A stretch of 55,545 bases of DNA from Candidatus Roizmanbacteria bacterium GW2011_GWA2_37_7. GTDB lineage: Bacteria; Patescibacteriota; Microgenomatia; UBA1406; GWC2-37-13. A program made the position numbers and the translations under genes. The notes below the pieces were generated by a model. That model saw nothing but the letters and a program-made list of their open reading frames with translations. It was not told the origin of the DNA and ran no database searches. Each line of letters starts with the position of its first letter. Position 1 is the stretch's first letter. Location: contig LBTJ01000001.1 of the NCBI GenBank assembly GCA_000990445.1, positions 1 to 55,545 on the forward strand. The letters are read 5' to 3'. Shown one piece after another: positions 14,781 through 23,913 of this stretch.

Positions 14781-15797
14781 ATGAAAAAAAATAATAAATT
14801 AATCCTTCCAATTATATTTATTCTTGTTGGTATTATTATTTTTTTTGTATTGTATACTACATCTCTGACAACTAATACGCAAACCAAGCAAATATCTTCG
14901 TCATACGCATCTTCAGTAAATTTTGATCAATATTGCCAAGACGGGGTTTATTACGTTCAAAAAGATGGAAAGCGCATTTCCTGCGGACGGGCGCCAAACT
15001 GCGGCGGAAAATCATATGAAAATGTTGTGGGTATAGAGTATAGAAGCAAAGCAGAGTGCTGGGTTGAAGACTATTTTGGCGGCTCCCGATGTGCGGCATA
15101 CTGTTCAGGAAATATTCCGCTCTGTTGTTATAAATTAGAGCAGACAAAAAACCCCGAAGACTGCACATGGCCAGAACGAGGATATTGTCTTCCAAGCCAA
15201 TGCCAAGGCGTAGGTGAAGGATGTGGAAACGCAATTATTACATGGTGTACAAGCATTGATCATTGTGTTTCTGATGCAAATAACATTCCTTATATTCCTT
15301 TAGACAATCGGCTTTCGGGTCAATCCGGTACACGTATATCTCCAACAAATCCTCCACAGCCAACCTCAACGCCACAGCCCCCAACAAATCCTCCAATAGC
15401 AACAAACCCGCCACAACCTCCCACATCAACCACACAGCCAAATCAGCCAACTACTCCGGTAGGTACATCACCAACGAATAAACCCAGACCGACAAATCAA
15501 AGCCAACCTACAATAACGCCGAGCTACCCTCCTCATAATGAGACTCCGTATCAACCTCCCCAACCAACCAACACGCCTTTTCTCTTTCCGACAATAAAAT
15601 TCAAAACACCAAAAGAATTAGCGCGTGAAGTGATCAATCCGGAAAATATTCAAAAACTGAATGACACAACGAAAGCTCCACTCGAAGCTCCAGAAAAAGC
15701 AGTTCATTTTATTAAGAATATTGATACAGCAATTGAGCAGGCTGCTGAATCGTGGATATTTAAAATTCGAATATTTATTCAGAGCTTCGTTCGATGA
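14781..15797 (+). CDS. Membrane-anchored or secreted Cys-rich protein with a long Pro/Thr/Gln-rich linker
   Basis: 338 aa with an N-terminal transmembrane or signal segment (LILPIIFILVGIIIFFVLY), about 18 Cys in the first half, and then low complexity of the PTNPPQPTSTPQPPTNPP type. Confidence 0.6.
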   Translation: MKKNNKLILPIIFILVGIIIFFVLYTTSLTTNTQTKQISSSYASSVNFDQYCQDGVYYVQKDGKRISCGRAPNCGGKSYENVVGIEYRSKAECWVEDYFGGSRCAAYCSGNIPLCCYKLEQTKNPEDCTWPERGYCLPSQCQGVGEGCGNAIITWCTSIDHCVSDANNIPYIPLDNRLSGQSGTRISPTNPPQPTSTPQPPTNPPIATNPPQPPTSTTQPNQPTTPVGTSPTNKPRPTNQSQPTITPSYPPHNETPYQPPQPTNTPFLFPTIKFKTPKELAREVINPENIQKLNDTTKAPLEAPEKAVHFIKNIDTAIEQAAESWIFKIRIFIQSFVR

Positions 15798-15803
15798 AGG
15801 TAT

Positions 15804-16895
15804 CTAACATTCTGCATATCCACATCCATAACACTTTGCACATCCTTCCTCACGAGCCAACAGGGCCTGACCGCATTCTTTGCAAATATCAAAATGCATG
15901 TCTTGAGATTCTGCTTCTTGTTTGATAAGCGGGGCGGAATGGTCTGGATCTTCAAGAAGTGTTGGTTGCTCAAGTTGAGAAACCAACTCGGCATCCTCAA
16001 CTTTGCCATTGCCGTTTCCATTGCCATTGCTTATCCCCATATTTGTTGTATTTTTAGTAAACTGATTTTTTTGTTTGTTCAGATACTCAAAATGCATCCG
16101 AAGAACTTTTGCAACCGCATCCGGAAGACTTCGAACGCGCTCTTTTCCAAAACCCAACGTACGCCCGCCACCAATACCCTGCAGCTCTTTAATGACGTTT
16201 TTGATCCGCTCTTCAGGTGTGAGATGCGCTGTTGAACGAAAGTACATTGATATCATCCGACCCAAACCTTCAGCCATAGCAAACACATCTGTTCCAGCCT
16301 TCCCAATGGTCATAAACACCTCGTGCGGCTCGTTGTTGCCGTTTGTGTTGATGGTGATGTACGCTCGCCCTACTGGCGTATCAATTTTGTACGTTGCGCC
16401 ATGCACCACCATTGGTCGAGGTTTTATTGTTGGAAGTTGGACTTTATTCTCTGCTTTTCCTGTGGCGTCTTTGAGCAGTGGCTTTCGCTCCAAAACTCCT
16501 TGTCTTGAGCCTTCGCGCATATACGCAATTCCTTTTAATCCTTGATCGTATGCCATAGTATAGATGCGCTTTACATCCTCAACAGTATGCGATTTTGGTG
16601 CATTTACTGTTTTGGAGATCGAAGCATCAACATATTTTTGGATTGTTGCCTGAACCATCACATGATCTTCGGGACTTAAGTCATTTGCTGAGACAAAATA
16701 ATCTGGGCGTTCAATTTCTTTATGTTTGAGTTCTTTTTCATGCTTTGTGTACCATTCTTCATATAAATAATGTCTGATGGCATGTTCACCAAGCCGATCG
16801 CGGCGTATAAATTCAAACTCATACACCGGCTCTATTCCTGATGTCGTGCTAGCCATAAGCGAGGTTGATCCTGTAGGAGCTTGCATAAGAATCAC
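15804..16895 (-). CDS. nrdJ: Class II (adenosylcobalamin-dependent) ribonucleotide reductase, C-terminal fragment
   Basis: 363 aa starting with GTG. Contains APTGSTSLMASTTSGIEPVY and ISKTVNAP, plus the C-terminal Cys cluster CKECGQALLAREEGCAKCYGCGYAEC. An NGNGNGNG insert is present. Confidence 0.75.
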   Translation of the reverse strand: MILMQAPTGSTSLMASTTSGIEPVYEFEFIRRDRLGEHAIRHYLYEEWYTKHEKELKHKEIERPDYFVSANDLSPEDHVMVQATIQKYVDASISKTVNAPKSHTVEDVKRIYTMAYDQGLKGIAYMREGSRQGVLERKPLLKDATGKAENKVQLPTIKPRPMVVHGATYKIDTPVGRAYITINTNGNNEPHEVFMTIGKAGTDVFAMAEGLGRMISMYFRSTAHLTPEERIKNVIKELQGIGGGRTLGFGKERVRSLPDAVAKVLRMHFEYLNKQKNQFTKNTTNMGISNGNGNGNGKVEDAELVSQLEQPTLLEDPDHSAPLIKQEAESQDMHFDICKECGQALLAREEGCAKCYGCGYAEC

Positions 16896-18163
16896 TGAGT
16901 TTCTGATACCATTTCTTTTTCTTTTGCATAGTCAGACGAAGCGCAATATGCCTCGTGTGCGATAAGCTTATACACTTTGTCAATAAACCGAATAGATTCT
17001 GGCGATCCGTATCGAATGTGGAGCTTTATCAAACTATCTCCAAGCCCCATCGTCCCCAAACCAATCCTTCGCTCACCCTCAAGTTGTGTTTTTCGAATAC
17101 CCGGAAACACGTATGGATCCATATCAATAACATTATCTTGAAGTCGCACAGCAATGCGCACAGTTTCACGAAGAAGATCAAAATCAAACTCTCCAGCCTG
17201 ATCTATTTTATACCCTTTTACCAATGCAGATAAGTTTATTGATCCAAGATTGCAAACTCCCCACTCTGGCAAACCTTCTTCGCCGCAAGGATTTACGCAT
17301 ATAATTTTATTCCAATACGAATTGTTATGCATTTTGTTGTACCGCTCTAAAAATACGACTCCTGGCTCTGCAGAGCGCCAAGCAGCTTGAGCAATCAGCT
17401 CCCAAATCTTTCGTGCGCGAACAACTTTACGCACAATGATTTTCTTTCCTCGTGCTTTCCAGCCTTCGATATCCCCGTCCCATTCTGCGTCATAGTCTGG
17501 ATCGTTTTTATCAGGAAATATGAGGGGCCAGTCTTCGTCTTTTTTCACCGCATCCATAAATGAGTCTGACACCGCAACTGAGAGATTCGCACCATTGATT
17601 CTGGTTAAATCTTGCTTTACTGTGATAAACTCTTCAATATCCGGGTGCCAGTCCCACAACATAAGCATCAAAGCTCCGCGCCTGGTTCCGCCCTGCTGAA
17701 TAATATCTTTTGTTGCAAGTGAAAAAATTTCTGCCCAGTTGCACGGTCCCGATGAAAATCCATTGACTTTTTCAACACGTGCGCCTCGCGGACGAAGCGT
17801 TGAAAGATTGATGCCAACTCCCCCTCCCCGAGCCATAATCTCAATCATCTCCCCAAGTGTTTGCAAAATTCCTTGCCTTGAGTCTCTGGGCGATGGAATG
17901 ACAAAGCAGTTATAAAATGTTACTGAGTATCCTGTGCCGGCCCCTGCCAAAATACGACCTCCTGGGACATACTTAAAGTTCTCGAGTGCATTATAAAACT
18001 TTTTAGACCATAATTTTCTTTGTCCTGGTTTTTCTTGTGATGCTATAGCATCTGCGATACGCCTCCACATTTCGTCCGGAGTTTTTTCAATTGGAGTTCC
18101 GTCTTTATCTTTTAAAGAGTATCTATCTAAAAAAACCTTTTTTGACACGCCTTGAAGTTCCAT
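16892..18163 (-). CDS. nrdJ: Class II ribonucleotide reductase, N-terminal fragment
   Basis: 423 aa. Contains VFLDRYSLKD, GGGVGINLSTLRPRGARV, TRRGALMLML and VNPCGE (the class II active-site Cys loop). Its TGA stop overlaps the GTG of the next ORF as GTGA at 16892-16895. Confidence 0.8.
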   Translation of the reverse strand: MELQGVSKKVFLDRYSLKDKDGTPIEKTPDEMWRRIADAIASQEKPGQRKLWSKKFYNALENFKYVPGGRILAGAGTGYSVTFYNCFVIPSPRDSRQGILQTLGEMIEIMARGGGVGINLSTLRPRGARVEKVNGFSSGPCNWAEIFSLATKDIIQQGGTRRGALMLMLWDWHPDIEEFITVKQDLTRINGANLSVAVSDSFMDAVKKDEDWPLIFPDKNDPDYDAEWDGDIEGWKARGKKIIVRKVVRARKIWELIAQAAWRSAEPGVVFLERYNKMHNNSYWNKIICVNPCGEEGLPEWGVCNLGSINLSALVKGYKIDQAGEFDFDLLRETVRIAVRLQDNVIDMDPYVFPGIRKTQLEGERRIGLGTMGLGDSLIKLHIRYGSPESIRFIDKVYKLIAHEAYCASSDYAKEKEMVSETQ

Positions 18164-18170
18164 ATCTATT

Positions 18171-18617
18171 TTACAATAATTTTTTCAATTCTTTCTCAAA
18201 CTCTTCTACATCCACAAACCTCCGAAACACTGATGCAAAACGTATGTACGCGACTTTATCCATGTTTTTTAAATATTTTGCAACTATGTCTCCAATATTT
18301 TGACTCCGTATCTCTGTTTCCCCCTCATTGGTAATCTCCTGTTCTACTTGATTGACAATATCTTCTACTTGATCTGCTGTTACAGTTGTTTTCCCAACAG
18401 CCTTAAAAATGCCGTTTACAAGTTTTTTTCTGTCAAAACGCTCTCTCCTATCATCTCGTTTTATGACAAGTATCGGGAGCTCCTCTACTCGCTCATAAGT
18501 GGTAAATCTTTTTTTACAGTTGGTACACGACCTTCTTCTTCGTATGGTTGTGCGATTCTCTAAAACGCGTGTTTCTATTACTTCTGTGTTCGTGTTTTGA
18601 CAAAAAAGACATTTCAT
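18171..18617 (-). CDS. nrdR: Transcriptional repressor NrdR
   Basis: 148 aa. Has the N-terminal zinc ribbon MKCLFCQNTNTEVIETR...CTNCKKRFTTYERV followed by an ATP-cone. It lies directly upstream of nrdJ. Confidence 0.9.
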   Translation of the reverse strand: MKCLFCQNTNTEVIETRVLENRTTIRRRRSCTNCKKRFTTYERVEELPILVIKRDDRRERFDRKKLVNGIFKAVGKTTVTADQVEDIVNQVEQEITNEGETEIRSQNIGDIVAKYLKNMDKVAYIRFASVFRRFVDVEEFEKELKKLL

Positions 18618-19050
18618 ATCTTGAGTATATTTTCAATGTATACCACTAGGTGTAGTATTTCAACTGTATTTATTATATCAAAATATATCATTATTTGTAG
18701 CACATATTTACTTTAAAACCTGTAATAATATTAGTATTTTTGTATAATGTTTGAACAATATATCATAGATATGTCATTATGAAAGCGTAGAGAAATAAGT
18801 GTTTTTCGTTTCTATTCTTTGCTAACGTACAAAATATGAGTCATATAGTACACAAAACAACTTTTATAATTCTTACATTTTAAGAGCGTCAGGTAGTGTG
18901 AAGTTCTTTAATAATTAGGGTTTATGTAAAGCTCCATGTTTATAAACCGGCATGCTGTCTTTTCTATAAGTTCTTTATTGTGAAGCCCCTACTTCTCTTT
19001 ATGCTTATGTATCTCTTTTTAGGTAGTATTTTGCCTGTTATAATTGATAC

Positions 19051-19558
19051 ATGAACACATATGTCCTTGATACAAATATATTATTTAATATGGAGGCGCA
19101 GTTGGGGTTGGGCAACTCAACAAAAGAAATTCTTGAAAACTTGGTAAAAATACTCCCCATTGCTCAAAAACAACAAGAAGTGGGACATTTCCATTTCTGG
19201 CGCTATTTTTAACACCCTGATTGATGATTATCGCTCCAGAGCGTATCGTGGAATGAAAGTTTCTGAAGAAGAAATAACCAAGACAGCCGAAATGTTTATG
19301 GGGAAAGAGGTACTGCCTCAAAAGGAATTTCAGATAACAATCGGCAAAATAGTCACCAGTTTGCGCGATCGATATCGAAACGCAACGCGTACTGGTACAA
19401 TCGACAGCCAAGCGGATTTTGATTTGATTATGATTGCAAAAGAATCTCAAGGCGCTTTAGTCACTACAGATGAAGGCGTCAAACTATGGGCTCGGAAGAT
19501 TGGGGTGACAGAGATGTCTTCTCAGGTTTTTGGAAAAAAGATGCGAGCGTATCTTTGA
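19051..19558 (+). pseudogene. PIN-domain protein with an apparent +/-1 frameshift
   Basis: The ATG at 19051 gives MNTYVLDTNILFNMEAQLGLGNSTKEILENLVKILPIAQK and then stops at about 19210. The rest of the domain (..ISISGAIFNTL...DFDLIMIAKESQGALVTTDEGVKLWARKIGV) is in the frame of ORF 19160..19558. The switch falls in the caaaaacaacaag region at about 19165-19180. Confidence 0.5.
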
Positions 19559-20165
19559 TATCTTTGAGTTTTCCTGATCCTTCTTTTTGTTCTATTTTGA
19601 TTGTAGCCGGCACGTCTTCCTCTTCTTCGTCGTCTGGGATCAGGTATGATAGTAGTTTGATCATTTTGTCGGTAAAGGCTAACTGTGGCCGTTCTTGAAA
19701 AACAATATGCTCTGCAAGAATCCTAACAATATCTTTTTTCACAATAGTATCAGGAACAACCAAATATGCATGCATATTATACGGCGGATGCGTCACCACA
19801 GTGAGTATAATAAAGCCAAATCTTTGACTAAAATAAAAGTGTGATAAAGCTTCCCACCGCATAGTAATACCGGCTGTTTCTATTCCAAACTTGGTAATTC
19901 TGTTTTCAATCTCAGGTGGTGGCGTGACAGTAAGGACATAAAATAAAAATAGTATCGACCAAATTGGAATGATAAGTATTCTGTCCCCAAGAAAAAAAAT
20001 AATCGCGGTTAAAAGAAGCGCTACTGCAAGATAGAATCGAAGCACATTCTTGCTTCTTTTTTTATATGCACGAAGCGGCGCCTTCCAACTGTATACGACT
20101 TGAGGATTGAGCGATGCTGGAAGTGGAGTTGCTTTTTGAAACAATGTTTCTTTCTGATCGTCCAT
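19479..20165 (-). CDS. Hypothetical membrane protein (2 transmembrane helices)
   Basis: 228 aa ATG ORF with hydrophobic helices LAVALLLTAIIFFLG and IIPIWSILFLFYVLTV and an acidic tail. It overlaps the convergent PIN 3' end by 80 nt. Confidence 0.55.
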   Translation of the reverse strand: MDDQKETLFQKATPLPASLNPQVVYSWKAPLRAYKKRSKNVLRFYLAVALLLTAIIFFLGDRILIIPIWSILFLFYVLTVTPPPEIENRITKFGIETAGITMRWEALSHFYFSQRFGFIILTVVTHPPYNMHAYLVVPDTIVKKDIVRILAEHIVFQERPQLAFTDKMIKLLSYLIPDDEEEEDVPATIKIEQKEGSGKLKDIKDTLASFFQKPEKTSLSPQSSEPIV

Positions 20166-20310
20166 ACCTTATTGTTCTATGTTTTGTAAAGAAAGTCAAG
20201 TTTATTGTTGGTGTTTTTTTGTATGTTGGGAATACGTAATTCAAATAATAATCACCTTGTACTTTATCAACATAATAAATATAATTATTAGGTTACTAAA
20301 TAATTAATCT

Positions 20311-20784
20311 ATGCTTACATCAGCATTAAAAAAACTTGTTGGTTCTTCAACTGAGTTTGACAGTTACACTCTGCTGCGCCTTCAGGCCAAATCATATCGT
20401 TTAATTAAAAACAGTGTTTCAGAAACATTGAGTAGGCATGGATTATCTGTTCTTGACTGGAGTCTTCTTGGAATCCTTTTTCAAAAGCCTGAGGGAGGTC
20501 GGTTTGTTGAAATATCGCAGGAGATGGGAGTGGAACCGCCGTTTGTTACTGAGCTTGTGACAGTTTTGAAGAAAAAGGGTTTTGTTAAAATAGAAAATAA
20601 CCCTGAGGACCGGCGTGCAAAATACGTTTTGCTTTCAAAAAAAAGTACGGATAGTATCCCCTCAATTGAGCAAGAAATCAAAAATATTTTGTCTCAGTTG
20701 TTAGATGGAGTGTCTTCTTCTGAGTTTCGGGGCTATAAAACAACCATGGAAAAGATGCTGAAAAATCTCAATAAACACTCATAA
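20311..20784 (+). CDS. MarR-family transcriptional regulator
   Basis: 157 aa. Winged HTH LSVLDWSLLGILFQKPEGGRFVEISQEMGVEPPFVTELVTVLKKKGFVKIENNPEDRRAKYVLLS. Confidence 0.8.
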   Translation: MLTSALKKLVGSSTEFDSYTLLRLQAKSYRLIKNSVSETLSRHGLSVLDWSLLGILFQKPEGGRFVEISQEMGVEPPFVTELVTVLKKKGFVKIENNPEDRRAKYVLLSKKSTDSIPSIEQEIKNILSQLLDGVSSSEFRGYKTTMEKMLKNLNKHS

Positions 20785-20792
20785 ATTGTTTG

Positions 20793-22157
20793 TTATTGTT
20801 TATTTAGTTTATCTGCGATCTGATTTTGTTCCTGCGAAAGTTGCTCGTCGTCTTTGATCCATTGGTTTTGCTCTTTTGTCAACCATTTATTTGCCTCCAT
20901 TTGTTTTTCTATTTGTTCAAAGCGGGAAATTCGAATTGTAATAATTTCATTCATACGGTCAACGTCAGCTTTATTTTGTTGATAAAACTCCTGATAACTT
21001 GTTAAACGCTGCCATCCAGGACCAATTTCTTTCAATCGGTCAATTGCTTCCTTAAAAGACGCAATCTCACCCGATCCGTAGTTTGGAGGGATATATCCGG
21101 CAAGATGCTGTACAACAACTTGCACTGGACATTTGTTTAGTTCTCCCACAAACGTGCTTACGCCGATCTCATCATAGTCCTCATTGAGCAAAAAATCGCG
21201 TGCACCTGGCTGTTCTAAAAATGCATCAAAAAGCTCTTCTGCGTCATAGTAACCGAGCATTGGGAACTCTCCATACACAATGTTTGAGTATCCAACATCG
21301 TTCATCGCGTCCTTCATTGTATACCCGCTTTTACTGGCTTTTGAGTCAAACTCATTATAGGAAAGCATTGTTTCTGCCCGTCGTTTTGCTGATTGCTCTA
21401 ATTTTATTTGATAGTTTAAAGCGTCAAGGTCGTGTTGAACTCGCTCATTGTTTAAAAGTTTTAAATATAAATCAATATCAAATAACGACTCGTGCTCGGT
21501 ATCAAAATCATGGCCGGCATCTCTCCATTTCAAGCCATACTGTTCTTCCTGTTTCTCAAATGGAATGTAAAATAAAATATCTGCGATTGACACAAAGCCG
21601 ATCTGGCGTGAATCCATACTAATTTTGCGGTTATCTCCCAAAACAACTACCTTGTCTTCTGGTACTTTGATTGGTTTGCAGTCTTGTATTTCGGTTCCGC
21701 CAAATGTTGATCGCGGCTTTAAGGTATATTGTTCTTGTTTTTTTTGTCCGTTTACATATACAAAGCCGTCTTTAATTACTACAACATCCCCTTGTATTGC
21801 AATAACCCGTTTTACAAATCCAGTGACGTCTTTATCCTGCTTTTCAAGTTCTTTATGCGTTTTTTCATTTTCAAATACAACAATATCGCCTTTTTGTATC
21901 GACTGAGGGATAATTTTTTCAAATGCTTTGTTGTGATAATACCGCTGAAATGGGACACTCCCCTCTTCAGGAAGCGTTGGCAGCATTGAGGCGCCGGTAA
22001 CTGGCACCTTAACTGTCAAGATACCTATAGTCTGAAGCACAAACCAACCGGCAATCACTATCCCGGCGAGGAATGACATACGAAGGACAAAAAATAATAT
22101 ATGGAAAGGCCACGAAATAAGAATTTGATACCACAATGATGGATTTTTTTTTGGCAT
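20793..22157 (-). CDS. lepB: Signal peptidase I (S26) fused to a C-terminal CAP/SCP (YkwD-like) domain
   Basis: 454 aa with an N-terminal transmembrane segment. S26 motifs are GASMLPTL, GDIVVF, VKRVIAIQGD and VLGDNRKISMDSR. The C-terminal ~180 aa (ERVQHDLDALNYQIKLEQSAKRRAETM...EDYDEIGVS...VVVQHLAG) is CAP-domain-like. Confidence 0.75.
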   Translation of the reverse strand: MPKKNPSLWYQILISWPFHILFFVLRMSFLAGIVIAGWFVLQTIGILTVKVPVTGASMLPTLPEEGSVPFQRYYHNKAFEKIIPQSIQKGDIVVFENEKTHKELEKQDKDVTGFVKRVIAIQGDVVVIKDGFVYVNGQKKQEQYTLKPRSTFGGTEIQDCKPIKVPEDKVVVLGDNRKISMDSRQIGFVSIADILFYIPFEKQEEQYGLKWRDAGHDFDTEHESLFDIDLYLKLLNNERVQHDLDALNYQIKLEQSAKRRAETMLSYNEFDSKASKSGYTMKDAMNDVGYSNIVYGEFPMLGYYDAEELFDAFLEQPGARDFLLNEDYDEIGVSTFVGELNKCPVQVVVQHLAGYIPPNYGSGEIASFKEAIDRLKEIGPGWQRLTSYQEFYQQNKADVDRMNEIITIRISRFEQIEKQMEANKWLTKEQNQWIKDDEQLSQEQNQIADKLNKQ

Positions 22158-22276
22158 GCGATTTTATTCCTGTGTAATTTGATATAAGTATAGCACCAGA
22201 GAACACGACAACCAACCGAACGATTGTTATTTATTTTTTTGAATGATCAAACAAAGACGTAGTATTATAAAAGAAT

Positions 22277-23254
22277 ATGAAACAAGACAGAAACACAACA
22301 ATAGACTTTTTGCGCGGTCTTGCAGTTTTTTTGATGATTTTGATTCATGCTACTGCATATTTTTTGGATAAATCCACTGTACGAATACTTTGGGACTATG
22401 CGCACTTTGCAGTGCCGCTTTTTGTTTTTTGCTCGGCATATATTACATTTCAACGGAAAGATGTAAAATTAATATCTGCATCTCAAACGCCAAAACGTTT
22501 GCGTCGACTTTTTATTCCGTATTATATTTTTGTGTTTTTTCTCATTTGTGTGTTTGCTCTTATCTTGCGCAAAGACGTTTCCTTTCAATTTATTCTTCAT
22601 TGGGTATTGTTGGGATCTGGCCGTGACGTAGGCTGGCTTGTCGTATTGTTTGTTTATATTCTTTTTTTGATTCCTCTTATTGTACGTATTTCAAAATTTC
22701 AATTGCCGGGAACTGTTGTAATGATAATCGTATGGCTTTCGCCGATTGTACTTCTGTTCTCCCCATATATTGAATCCTTTCGATTGATGATGTGGCTTCC
22801 CTGGTCGGCTTTTTTGGTCTTTGTTTATTGGTTTGTCCAAAATGAAGAGCATATATGGTTTCCTTGGTATATTATTGTTCTTTTTACTGGTGGATTTCTT
22901 ATATCGCGCTACATACTTCTTGCGACCAACCATACACTTATTTTTACAGAAAATAAATATCCTCCTAACTTCTATTATCTTTCCTATGGAATTGTAATGA
23001 CAACTGCCTTATATTATTTTCACCGCTTCTTGGCAGCCTACAATTTATTTGCAACTTGGTTGCAAAAGGTATTTAATTTTTTAAGTAGGCATTCATATTC
23101 GCTGTTTTTTATCCATTTCTTGTATGTGTATCTTTTGCAAGGTCTTGTTGATTACCGCCGTTTGCAATGGTGGGGATTTTTTGGAGTGATTTTTACTCTA
23201 TCTATTTTGACACAAATGATTATTAATAAGATGACGCGCTTGACGATATCATGA
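22277..23254 (+). CDS. Acyltransferase-3 / DUF1624-type integral membrane protein
   Basis: 325 aa with about 9-10 transmembrane helices and the N-terminal motif TIDFLRGLAVFLMILIHA. Confidence 0.6.
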   Translation: MKQDRNTTIDFLRGLAVFLMILIHATAYFLDKSTVRILWDYAHFAVPLFVFCSAYITFQRKDVKLISASQTPKRLRRLFIPYYIFVFFLICVFALILRKDVSFQFILHWVLLGSGRDVGWLVVLFVYILFLIPLIVRISKFQLPGTVVMIIVWLSPIVLLFSPYIESFRLMMWLPWSAFLVFVYWFVQNEEHIWFPWYIIVLFTGGFLISRYILLATNHTLIFTENKYPPNFYYLSYGIVMTTALYYFHRFLAAYNLFATWLQKVFNFLSRHSYSLFFIHFLYVYLLQGLVDYRRLQWWGFFGVIFTLSILTQMIINKMTRLTIS

Positions 23255-23276
23255 TATCGTGATACTATTTAAGCAT

Positions 23277-23516
23277 ATGAAAAAATTAGTGGCAACAAAT
23301 ATACGATTTCCGGAAGAAGAGCTGATTATGTATAAACGCATTGCCTTAGAAAAAGGGGAAAGTTTATCTAATTTTATCCGCGTAACAATCCGACAGAAGG
23401 TTAAATCGATTAAAAAACAGTCAATTAATAAAAGAGATCCTATTTTTAACATGAAACCTGGTCATTCTGGTATTTCGGATGGCGCCAAAAATCATGACAA
23501 ATATATTTATCGATAG
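23277..23516 (+). CDS. vapB: Ribbon-helix-helix antitoxin (VapB-like)
   Basis: 79 aa from the ATG at 23277. MKKLVATNIRFPEEELIMYKRIALEKGESLSNFIRVTIRQ is an RHH fold. It overlaps the downstream PIN gene. Confidence 0.65.
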   Translation: MKKLVATNIRFPEEELIMYKRIALEKGESLSNFIRVTIRQKVKSIKKQSINKRDPIFNMKPGHSGISDGAKNHDKYIYR

Positions 23517-23907
23517 TGCGGCATTCAAGGCAGTATTTGATGTAAAAGACGACTTTCATTATTGCGCATGGGACTACTGGAACAAGATAGCTACAACTTC
23601 TTATAAACTCATCACAACAAACTACATCCTTGACGAGTCTTTAACATTATTTCGTGCGTATCTCGGTAAACAATATGCTCTGAACTTATATAAAAATATT
23701 TTTGACCATAATGATAAAATTTTATTGGAGCATATTTCTCGGGCAGATGAAGCGGAGGCATGGTCATATTTTGAAAAACTTCCAGGAAGAGGTGTATCCT
23801 TCACCGACTGCACTTCGTTTGCAGTAATGAAGCGACTAAGTCTGAAACAAGCGTTCACTTTTGATAAAGACTTTGAAAAAGCAGGATTCGACGTTGTACC
23901 CTTATGA
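23479..23907 (+). CDS. vapC: PIN-domain toxin (VapC-like)
   Basis: IFIDSAAFKAV...TTNYILDESLTLF...SFTDCTSFAVMKRL...AFTFDKDF carries the PIN acidic residues. The start is at 23479 or 23494. Confidence 0.75.
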   Translation: MAPKIMTNIFIDSAAFKAVFDVKDDFHYCAWDYWNKIATTSYKLITTNYILDESLTLFRAYLGKQYALNLYKNIFDHNDKILLEHISRADEAEAWSYFEKLPGRGVSFTDCTSFAVMKRLSLKQAFTFDKDFEKAGFDVVPL

Positions 23908-23913
23908 TTGTGG

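Noticed and set aside
18618-18800. Looked for NrdR boxes upstream of the nrdR-nrdJ operon
   Set aside because: Only weak partial palindromes were found (accactaggtgt at 18642-18653, gaacaatatatcatag at 18753-18768 with about 10/16 to the consensus as I recall it). This is not good enough to annotate.
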